A stretch of 6,439 nucleotides of DNA from a virus (IMGVR_UViG_2695420380_000009); one strand, 5' to 3'. Positions 1-6,328 are shown, counted from the stretch's first letter. Numbers and translations are program-made. The notes: generated by a model not told the origin, from the letters alone.

Positions 1-137
1 TAACAGGTGTCTGGAAATATAGGGGCAAATCCAGCGTTCATCAGCCCCCGCATTGCCGACAGGATCACAGACGGGGGGCGCAACTGGTTGTCGTTCAACT
101 GGCCCAGCTACCGTTCTTGTATCAGAGGTGTGGCTGC

Positions 138-1529
138 ATGACAACACCAGTCTGGCGTAATGATGACCTGGAAGGCGCTGTCATTGGCGCATTCTTTCTG
201 CGTGGGGCAGATCATGAAGTGATGGATATTCTGATCACACTACCGGCGGACATTTTTTCTGTACGAGCGTATCGGGATATCTACACAGGCATCTGCAGAC
301 AGGCCCGTGTTTCAGGAGTGATTGACCCCGTGCTGTTGTGTAATGAGATGCCGGAACTTGCCCCGGTGATTACTGATACCGGGCGTAAAACCTGGGTGAA
401 GTCTTCACTGGAGCACTATGTTGCAGCGTTGCGGCGCAATGCCGCACTGCGCGATGCAGAAAAAACACTGAATGAGGCGCTGCAGAAATTACGTGATGCG
501 CATACCTGTGAAGCAGCTGAAGATGCCCTGAAGGATGCGCAGAACATGATGGTCACACTGTCGACAGGAAAGGGCGTCATTCAGCCGGTACATATTGATG
601 ATGTGCTTCCGGAAGTGGTTGAGCGTGTTGAATGCCGGAATCAGGGGCTGGAGAAATCCAGGACGTTGATGACCGGTATTGATGAACTGGACGCAAAAAC
701 AGGCGGTATGGAGCCCGGAGACCTGGTATTCATTGCCGCCCGTCCTTCGATGGGGAAAACCGAACTTGCGCTGGACATCATCGACAAGGTGACTGAGCAG
801 GGGCATGGTGTGCTTCTGTTCACCATGGAGATGGCGAACATCCAGATTGGTGAACGTATGGTGTCTGCGGCTGGAGGGATGCCAGTATCACGCCTGAAAT
901 CTGTGGCTCACTTTGAAGATGAAGACTGGGCGCGTTTCTCACAAGGGGTGGGGCGGATGACCGGGCGCAATATCTGGATGGTGGACCAGGCGAACCTGAC
1001 CATTGATGAGATATGCGCAACAACGAAACACCATCTGATTAAACATCCGGAAACGGCGCTGGTGGTGGTTGATTATCTCGGGCTGATAAAAACCCGAACC
1101 ACGGGGCGTCATGACCTTGCCGTGGGTGAAATCTCAAAGGGGCTTAAAGGCCTGGCAAAATCCGGTGGTTTTCCGTTGATTGCGCTGAGCCAGCTCTCCC
1201 GCGGTGTGGAGTCCAGACCCAATAAACGTCCCATGAACTCAGACCTGAAAAATTCCGGAGAAATAGAGGCGGATGCAGACATCATTCTGATGCTTTACAG
1301 GGATGAAGTGTACAACCCGGATACACAGGCTACAGGCATAGCAGAAATTAATATCACGAAACAACGTAACGGTTCTCTGGGGACGATTTACCGGCGTTTT
1401 TATAACGGACATTTTCTGCCTGTGGACCAGGAAAGCGCACAGGTTCTTTCCACCCCAATGCGGCAGCCCCAGCCGCGCAGATACAGCAATACACGTACCG
1501 ACAGCAGTAAGATGGAGCGTTTCTTTTGA
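138..1529 (+). CDS. Replicative DNA helicase, DnaB family (phage P22 gp12-like). Start is ambiguous: ATG at 138 is preceded by AGAGG; the ORF track starts at an in-frame TTG at 117, and the frame stays open to the window edge.
   Basis: Long ORF of about 463-470 aa. Walker A-like motif ARPSMGKTE in a DnaB-like context (GIDELDAKTGGMEPGDLVFIAARPSMGKTELALDI), followed by LVVVDYLGLI and IALSQLSR motifs typical of the DnaB RecA-like C-terminal domain. Stop TGA at 1527-1529 overlaps the next ORF's start. Confidence 0.85.
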   Translation: MTTPVWRNDDLEGAVIGAFFLRGADHEVMDILITLPADIFSVRAYRDIYTGICRQARVSGVIDPVLLCNEMPELAPVITDTGRKTWVKSSLEHYVAALRRNAALRDAEKTLNEALQKLRDAHTCEAAEDALKDAQNMMVTLSTGKGVIQPVHIDDVLPEVVERVECRNQGLEKSRTLMTGIDELDAKTGGMEPGDLVFIAARPSMGKTELALDIIDKVTEQGHGVLLFTMEMANIQIGERMVSAAGGMPVSRLKSVAHFEDEDWARFSQGVGRMTGRNIWMVDQANLTIDEICATTKHHLIKHPETALVVVDYLGLIKTRTTGRHDLAVGEISKGLKGLAKSGGFPLIALSQLSRGVESRPNKRPMNSDLKNSGEIEADADIILMLYRDEVYNPDTQATGIAEINITKQRNGSLGTIYRRFYNGHFLPVDQESAQVLSTPMRQPQPRRYSNTRTDSSKMERFF

Positions 1530-1783
1530 ACAACCAGACAATGACTTTTACCCCTGAACAATTGCGTAAACACGCGCAGGAAATGCTGCGTCATGCTGAA
1601 CAACTCGAAAAAACGGGCATAACAAAAGACGCTATCCGTAAAGATATGGTACCCGCGCTTCGGGAACTGATGCAGGCGAAGCATCGCGCACAGAAAGCAG
1701 TAGATGAGCTGGTGGACTGTGTGGCAGAGCTGGAAACCAGAGTCGGAAAGTTTGAAAAACTGGTGCAGGAGGTGCTGCGCTGA
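1526..1783 (+). CDS. Small hypothetical protein (85 aa, predicted helical, charged), allele 1. Conserved position between the replication genes and rusA.
   Basis: ORF with a TTG start at 1526 preceded by GGAG at 1514-1517 (8-nt spacing); alternative ATG at 1541. The start overlaps the helicase stop and the stop overlaps the downstream ATG. Two further diverged copies in the window (2148-2405 and 2600-2759) differ mainly by transitions at synonymous sites, indicating a real coding sequence under purifying selection. Confidence 0.6.
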   Translation: MNNQTMTFTPEQLRKHAQEMLRHAEQLEKTGITKDAIRKDMVPALRELMQAKHRAQKAVDELVDCVAELETRVGKFEKLVQEVLR

Positions 1784-1904
1784 TGCGCCATGAGTTTATT
1801 TTACCTTATCCGCCGACGGTGAATACTTACTGGCGACGTCGTGACAACACATATTTTGTATCAAAAGCCGGTGAGCGTTATCGCCGGGATGTGGCGCTTA
1901 TTGT
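1783..1904 (+). pseudogene. rusA: Truncated rusA 5' fragment (first about 40 codons), ending at a single ambiguous base at 1905.
   Basis: Translation MRHEFILPYPPTVNTYWRRRDNTYFVSKAGERYRRDVALI matches the N-terminus of the full rusA at 2759-3133, then switches abruptly at 'n' 1905 into helicase 3' sequence. Confidence 0.6.
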
Positions 1905-1905
1905 N

Positions 1906-2151
1906 ATTCTGATGCTTTACAGGGATGAAGTGTACAACCCGGATACACAGGCTACAGGCATAGCAGAAATTAATATCACGAAACAACGTAACGGTTCTCT
2001 GGGGACGATTTACCGGCGTTTTTATAACGGACATTTTCTGCCTGTGGACCAGGAAAGCGCACAGGTTCTTTCCACCCCAATGCGGCAGCCCCAGCCGCGC
2101 AGATACAGCAATACACGTACCGACAGCAGTAAGATGGAGCGTTTCTTTTGA
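1906..2151 (+). pseudogene. Duplicate of the 3' end of the helicase gene (246 bp, apparently 100% identical to 1284-1529), fused in frame to the rusA fragment upstream.
   Basis: By-eye comparison shows 1906-2151 is identical to 1284-1529, including the stop. The ORF track gives a chimeric ORF 1783-2151 whose C-terminal 82 aa equal the helicase C-terminus. Confidence 0.6.
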
Positions 2152-2405
2152 ACAACCAGACAATGACTTTTACCTCTGAACAATTGCGTAAACACGCGCA
2201 GGAAATGTTGCGACAGGCGGAACAACTGGAAAAAACAGGTGTAACAAAAGATGCCATTCGTCGGGATATGGTGCCAGCGCTCAGGGAACTGATGCAGGCG
2301 AAACATCGCGCACAAAAAGCGGTGGATGAGCTCGTTGATTGTGTGGCAGAGCTGGAAACCAAAGTTGGAAAGTTTGAAAAAATGGTGCAGGAGGTGCTGC
2401 GCTGA
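2148..2405 (+). CDS. Small hypothetical protein (85 aa), allele 2, a diverged copy of 1526-1783.
   Basis: Same length and same overlapping stop/start architecture as allele 1. Six amino-acid differences (P10S, H23Q, I32V, K38R, R72K, L79M) plus multiple synonymous changes. Confidence 0.55.
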   Translation: MNNQTMTFTSEQLRKHAQEMLRQAEQLEKTGVTKDAIRRDMVPALRELMQAKHRAQKAVDELVDCVAELETKVGKFEKMVQEVLR

Positions 2406-2598
2406 TGCGCCATGAGTTTATTTTACCTTATCCGCCGACGGTGAATACTTACTGGCGACGTCGTGACAACACATATTTTGTATCAAAAGCCGGTGAGCGT
2501 TATCGCCGGGATGTGGCGCTTATTGTCCGTCAGCAGCGACTGAAATTAAGCCTGTCCGGAAGACTGGCGATAAAGATTATTGCAGAGCCACCGGATAA
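2405..2598 (+). pseudogene. rusA: Truncated rusA 5' fragment, copy 2 (about 64 codons), ending at a single ambiguous base at 2599.
   Basis: Translation MRHEFILPYPPTVNTYWRRRDNTYFVSKAGERYRRDVALIVRQQRLKLSLSGRLAIKIIAEPPD matches the rusA N-terminus, then the sequence jumps at 'n' 2599 into the middle of the small ORF, out of frame. Confidence 0.6.
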
Positions 2599-2599
2599 N

Positions 2600-2759
2600 A
2601 AAAGATGCCATTCGTCGGGATATGGTGCCAGCGCTCAGGGAACTGATGCAGGCGAAACATCGCGCACAAAAAGCGGTGGATGAGCTCGTTGATTGTGTGG
2701 CAGAGCTGGAAACCAAAGTTGGAAAGTTTGAAAAACTGGTGCAGGAGGTGCTGCGCTGA
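2600..2759 (+). pseudogene. 3' fragment of the small hypothetical ORF (copy 3, encoding the final 53 codons from KDAIRRDMVPALRELMQ to EVLR).
   Basis: Near-identical to the 3' part of allele 2 (one visible difference, aaaaactggtg versus aaaaaatggtg). It lacks a 5' end and start codon. Confidence 0.5.
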
Positions 2760-3133
2760 TGCGCCATGAGTTTATTTTACCTTATCCGCCGACGGTGAAT
2801 ACTTACTGGCGACGTCGTGGCAGCACATATTTTGTATCAAAAGTTGGTGAGCGTTATCGCCGTGATGTGACGCTAATTGTTCGCCAGCAGCGGCTGAAAT
2901 TAAACCTGTCCGGAAGGCTGGCGATAAAGATTATTGCAGAGCCACCGGATAAGCGCCGTCGTGACCTGGACAATATCCTGAAAGCACCACTGGATGCACT
3001 GACACATGCGGGAGTGTTAATGGACGATGAGCAGTTTGATGAAATCAATATCGTTCGTGGTCAGCCAGTATCTGGTGGACGTCTGGGGGTGAAGATTTAC
3101 CCCATAATGCATGAAGAGCAGGTCAAAAAATGA
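2759..3133 (+). CDS. rusA: Crossover junction endodeoxyribonuclease RusA (Holliday junction resolvase), the full-length copy of 124 aa.
   Basis: ATG at 2759 preceded by AGGAGG at 2743-2748. The protein shows family features as I recall them for E. coli RusA: N-terminal PYPPTVNTYW-type motif and the acidic catalytic region KRRRDLDNILKAPLDALTHAGVLMDDEQ. Start overlaps the upstream stop and the stop overlaps the Q start (ATGA). Confidence 0.85.
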   Translation: MRHEFILPYPPTVNTYWRRRGSTYFVSKVGERYRRDVTLIVRQQRLKLNLSGRLAIKIIAEPPDKRRRDLDNILKAPLDALTHAGVLMDDEQFDEINIVRGQPVSGGRLGVKIYPIMHEEQVKK

Positions 3134-4343
3134 AACTGGAAGATTTACCGAAATACTACTCCCCAAAATCCCCTTGCCTGACCGATGCATCGGNNNNNNN
3201 NNNNNNNNNNNNNNNNNNNNNNNNNNNNNNNNNNNNNNNNNNNNNNNNNNNNNNNNCCGATGCATCGGCCTCAACGTCAAAAGATGCGCTGAGTATCACT
3301 GATGTGATGGCCGCGCAGGGCATGACACAGAATCGGGCTGAGATGGGGTTTTCTGCGTTCCTGGGGAAAATGGGCATCAGTATGAATGACAGAGAGCGGG
3401 CAACAGAATTGCTGACAGAATATGCACTCAGTCNNNNNNNNNNNNNNNNNNNNNNNNNNNNNNNNNNNNNNNNNNNNNNNNNNNNNNNNNNNNNNNNNNN
3501 NNNNNNNNNNNNNNNNNNNNNNNNNNNNNNNNNNNNNNNNNNNNNNNNNNNNNNNNNNNNNNNNNNNNNNNNNNNNNNNNNNNNNNNNNNNNNNNNNNGT
3601 GTGATCGCGTGGCGGCGTTAAGAAAACTCCCGGCAGAAATAAAACCGGCAGTGATGCGTATTATGGCTTCGTATGCGTTTGAAGATTATGCCCGTAGCGC
3701 GGCGAGCAAAAAACAGTGCCCCTGCTGTCACGGAAAAAAATTTATTGAAAGCGAGGTTTTTACAAACAAGANNNNNNNNNNNCCGGCAGAAATAAAACCG
3801 GTAGTGATGCGCATTATGGCTTCGTACGCTTTTGAGGATTATGCCCGCAGCGCAGCGAGTAAAAAGCAGTGCCCTTGTTGCTATGGGGAAAAATTTATTG
3901 AAAGCGTAGTTTTTACAAACAAGGTCCAGTATCCGGATGGTAAGCCGCCGGTATGGGCAAAGTGTACGAAAGGTGTGTATCCGTCTTACTGGGAAGAATG
4001 GAAAAAAGTCAGGGAGGTGGTAAAAGTTGCCTGTCCGGAGTGTGGCGGAAAGGGTGAGGTTTCCACCGCCTGTAAGGATTGCCGTGGGCGTGGTGTCGCC
4101 ATTCATCGTGAAGAGTCGGTAAAACGTGGTATGCCTGTTATCAGAGACTGCCAGCGTTGTGGTGGTCGTGGCTATGAAAGACTACCATCAACGGAGGCAT
4201 TTAATGCTATATGCGAGGTGACAAACCAGATAACACGCGCGTCATGGGAAAAAACAGTTAAGAAATTTTATGATGCGCTGGTGACCCGGTTTGATATTGA
4301 AGAAGCATGGGCTGAGCGGCAGTTAAAAAAGGTAACTAGGTAA
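3130..4343 (+). CDS. Q: Late-gene antitermination protein Q, lambda Q family. As presented it is mosaic and not one intact ORF: the N-terminal part (3130-3433) and C-terminal part (3599-4343) are in different frames across a 165-N block.
   Basis: The N-terminal segment MKLEDLPKYYSPKSP...TDVMAAQGMTQNRAEMGFSAFLGK and the C-terminal tail ...WEKTVKKFYDALV...KKVTR resemble lambda Q as recalled from memory. Central CxxC zinc-binding motifs are present. The gene lies just upstream of a PR'-like promoter and terminator, the canonical Q position. Confidence 0.75.
3630..3923 (+). repeat. Diverged tandem duplication inside Q: two 141-bp copies (3630-3770 and 3783-3923) separated by 'a' plus 11 N, period 153 bp, in frame.
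   Basis: Direct alignment by eye shows about 16 mismatches in 141 bp, 14 of them transitions. Both copies encode PAEIKP[A/V]VMRIMASYAFEDYARSAASKKQCPCC[H/Y]G[K/E]KFIES[E/V]VFTNK. Confidence 0.7.
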
Positions 4344-4348
4344 CAAGG

Positions 4349-4395
4349 TTGATTTTTCCGGAATCTGTGGTAAATTCGTCATAACTATGGGCGTT
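4349..4395 (+). promoter_or_regulatory. PR'-like late promoter: -35 TTGATT (4349-4354), 16-bp spacer, extended -10 TGgTAAATT (4368-4376), followed by a candidate promoter-proximal pause/qut-like element (about 4377-4395).
   Basis: Sigma-70 consensus-like hexamers lie 5 nt after the Q stop. The architecture and downstream sequence cgtcataactatggg resemble lambda PR' (TTGACT-N17-TAAATT then tgactcaacgatggg) as recalled from memory. Confidence 0.6.
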
Positions 4396-4423
4396 TTATG
4401 CCTGACGTTAGAAGAGTTTCTAC

Positions 4424-4449
4424 AACCCGCCGCCGAGCGGGTTTTTTAT
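4424..4449 (+). terminator. Intrinsic terminator (tR'-like) about 40-65 nt downstream of the PR'-like start site.
   Basis: Stem aaCCCGC / GCGGGtt (5 G:C pairs plus 2 A:T pairs) with loop cgccga, followed by a T6 tract (4442-4447). Confidence 0.6.
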
Positions 4450-5043
4450 NNNNNNNNNNNNNNNNNNNNNNNNNNNNNNNNNNNNNNNNNNNNNNNNNNN
4501 NNNNNNNNNNNNNNNNNNNNNNNNNNNNNNNNNNNNNNNNNNNNNNNNNNNNNNNNNNNNNNNNNNNNNNNNNNNNNNNNNNNNNNNNNNNNNNNNNNNN
4601 NNNNNNNNNNNNNNNNNNNNNNNNNNNNNNNNNNNNNNNNNNNNNNNNNNNNNNNNNNNNNNNNNNNNNNNNNNNNNNNNNNNNNNNNNNNNNNNNNNNN
4701 NNNNNNNNNNNNNNNNNNNNNNNNNNNNNNNNNNNNNNNNNNNNNNNNNNNNNNNNNNNNNNNNNNNNNNNNNNNNNNNNNNNNNNNNNNNNNNNNNNNN
4801 NNNNNNNNNNNNNNNNNNNNNNNNNNNNNNNNNNNNNNNNNNNNNNNNNNNNNNNNNNNNNNNNNNNNNNNNNNNNNNNNNNNNNNNNNNNNNNNNNNNN
4901 NNNNNNNNNNNNNNNNNNNNNNNNNNNNNNNNNNNNNNNNNNNNNNNNNNNNNNNNNNNNNNNNNNNNNNNNNNNNNNNNNNNNNNNNNNNNNNNNNNNN
5001 NNNNNNNNNNATGCGTTGGGTTCACAAGCAAACCTCAGGCCCA

Positions 5044-5062
5044 CTGCTTTGCGCAAAAGCAG
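5044..5062 (+). promoter_or_regulatory. Perfect 7-bp inverted repeat, CTGCTTT-gcgca-AAAGCAG, 33 bp upstream of the methyltransferase start. Candidate operator or RNA hairpin; function unknown.
   Basis: Read directly from the sequence. There is no T-tract after it, so it is not a canonical intrinsic terminator. Confidence 0.3.
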
Positions 5063-5094
5063 AATGAGCCTATCAGAGACAGGCTTAATGATCC

Positions 5095-6288
5095 ATGCTT
5101 AATACTGTAAAAATATCCAGTTGTGAGTTAATCAACGCCGACTGCCTGGAATTTATCCGGTCGTTACCCGAAAATTCTGTTGACCTGATAGTCACGGACC
5201 CGCCGTACTTTAAAGTGAAGCCTGAGGGCTGGGATAACCAGTGGAAGGGCGACGATGATTACCTGAAGTGGCTGGACCAGTGTCTGGCGCAGTTCTGGCG
5301 GGTGCTGAAACCTGCCGGAAGTCTTTACCTGTTCTGTGGTCATCGCCTGGCATCTGATATCGAAATCATGATGCGTGAACGCTTCAGTGTGCTGAACCAT
5401 ATTATCTGGGCGAAGCCGTCCGGACGCTGGAACGGNNNNNNNNNNNNNNNNNNNNNNNNNNNNNNNNNNNNNNNNNNNNNNNNNNNNNNNNNNNNNNNNN
5501 NNNNNNNNNNNNNNNNNNNNCGGGCGTATTTCCCCGCCACAGAGCGCATTCTGTTCGCGGAACATTATCAGGGGCCGTATCGTCCGAAAGATGCCGGGTA
5601 TNNNNNNNNNNNNNNNNNNNNNNNNNNNNNNNNNNNNNNNNNNNNNNNNNNNNNNNNNNNNNNNNNNNNNNNNNNNNNNNNNNNNNNNNNNNNNNNNNNN
5701 NNNNNNNNNNNNNNNNNNNNNNNNNNNNNNNNNNNNNNNNNNNNNNNNNNNNNNNNNNNNNNNNNNNNNNNNNNNNNNNNNNNNNNNNNNNNNNNNNNNN
5801 NNNNNNNNNNNNNNNNNNNNNNNNNNNNNNNNNNNNNNNNNNNNNNNNNNNNNNNNNNNNNNNNNNNNNNNNNNNNNNNNNNNNNNNNNNNNNNNNNNNN
5901 NNNNNNNNNNNNNNNNNNNNNNNNNNNNNNNNNNNNNNNNNNNNNNNNNNNNNNNNNNNNNNNNNNNNNNNNNNNNNNNNNNNNNNNNNNNNNNNNNNNN
6001 NNNNNNNNNNNGACGGTGCAGGTGCCGTATACCGATGTGTGGACGCATAAACCGGTGCAGTTCTATCCCGGGAAACATCCGTGCGAAAAACCGGCAGAAA
6101 TGCTGCAGCAGATAATCAGCGCTAGCAGTCGTCCGGGTGACCTGATTGCAGATTTTTTCATGGGGTTGGGTTCGACAGTGAAAGCGGCACTGGCGCTCGG
6201 GCGTCGTGCAATTGGCGTTGAGCTGGAGACTGAACGTTTTGAGCAGACGGTTCGGGAAGTACAGGATTTAGTCAGCCAGAACGGATGA
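5095..6288 (+). CDS. DNA methyltransferase, beta-class amino-MTase (N6-adenine or N4-cytosine; PF01555-like). The central region is N-masked (5436-5520 and 5602-6011).
   Basis: N-terminal catalytic motif IV DLIVTDPPY (a DPPY tetrapeptide) and C-terminal AdoMet-binding motif I region HPCEKPAEMLQQIISASSRPGDLIADFFMGLGSTVKAALALGRRAIGVE. Motif IV preceding motif I is the beta-class order. The frame is preserved across both masked blocks (visible segments at 5095-5435, 5521-5601 and 6012-6288 share one frame). Confidence 0.8.
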   Translation: MLNTVKISSCELINADCLEFIRSLPENSVDLIVTDPPYFKVKPEGWDNQWKGDDDYLKWLDQCLAQFWRVLKPAGSLYLFCGHRLASDIEIMMRERFSVLNHIIWAKPSGRWNXXXXXXXXXXXXXXXXXXXXXXXXXXXXXRAYFPATERILFAEHYQGPYRPKDAGYXXXXXXXXXXXXXXXXXXXXXXXXXXXXXXXXXXXXXXXXXXXXXXXXXXXXXXXXXXXXXXXXXXXXXXXXXXXXXXXXXXXXXXXXXXXXXXXXXXXXXXXXXXXXXXXXXXXXXXXXXXXXXXXXXXXXXXXXXTVQVPYTDVWTHKPVQFYPGKHPCEKPAEMLQQIISASSRPGDLIADFFMGLGSTVKAALALGRRAIGVELETERFEQTVREVQDLVSQNG

Positions 6289-6290
6289 TA

Positions 6291-6319
6291 TTGAAGAATT
6301 AATTACGCGTCGTTATTAT
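6291..6319 (+). promoter_or_regulatory. Sigma-70 promoter for the tRNA: -35 TTGAAG (6291-6296), 17-bp spacer, -10 TATTAT (6314-6319), then a GC-rich discriminator gcggctccc before the tRNA 5' end.
   Basis: Near-consensus hexamers at optimal spacing, placed so transcription would start a few nt upstream of the tRNA at 6329. A GC-rich discriminator is typical of stable-RNA promoters. Confidence 0.5.
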
Positions 6320-6328
6320 GCGGCTCCC

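Noticed and set aside
1-137. Upstream open frame running into the helicase from the window edge, as a possible 5' extension of the helicase or the end of an upstream replication-initiator gene.
   Set aside because: The in-frame upstream translation has no recognisable helicase N-terminal features, and ATG 138 has a plausible ribosome-binding site; a TAA at 1-3 in another frame may be the end of the upstream gene. This cannot be resolved without upstream sequence.
489-1023. Minus-strand ORFs (489-806, 641-841, 820-1023) inside the helicase gene.
   Set aside because: They lie entirely antisense within a well-supported helicase CDS, have Pro/Ser/Cys/Arg-rich low-complexity translations and no recognisable motifs; typical shadow ORFs.
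1239-2767. Minus-strand ORFs of 66-145 aa across the orf85/rusA repeats (for example 1976-2413 and 2022-2315).
   Set aside because: Antisense to conserved + strand genes. Their apparent repetition only mirrors the + strand duplications, and the translations are Ser/Thr/Cys-rich with no family features.
3111-3604. Small ORFs at 3111-3302 (+), 3156-3377 (-) and 3422-3604 (+) within the Q region.
   Set aside because: They are largely composed of masked bases or overlap the better-supported Q frame; no independent evidence.
3630-3923. Possible diversity-generating retroelement template/variable repeat pair, given two diverged 141-bp copies in a coding region.
   Set aside because: The mismatches are mostly transitions in both directions, not adenine-specific substitutions; no reverse transcriptase is nearby. 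The pattern fits ordinary allelic divergence.
1284-3923. CRISPR array, suggested by the repeated units.
   Set aside because: The repeats are hundreds of bp long, protein-coding and irregularly staggered, with no short 28-37 bp direct repeats and regular spacers.
4385-6115. Long ORFs on both strands across the N-blocks (for example 4385-5056 minus, 4398-5102 plus, 5164-6078 minus, 5591-6115 plus).
   Set aside because: They are open only because N-runs translate as X without stops and carry no sequence information. Only the + strand frame flanked by real methyltransferase motifs is supported.
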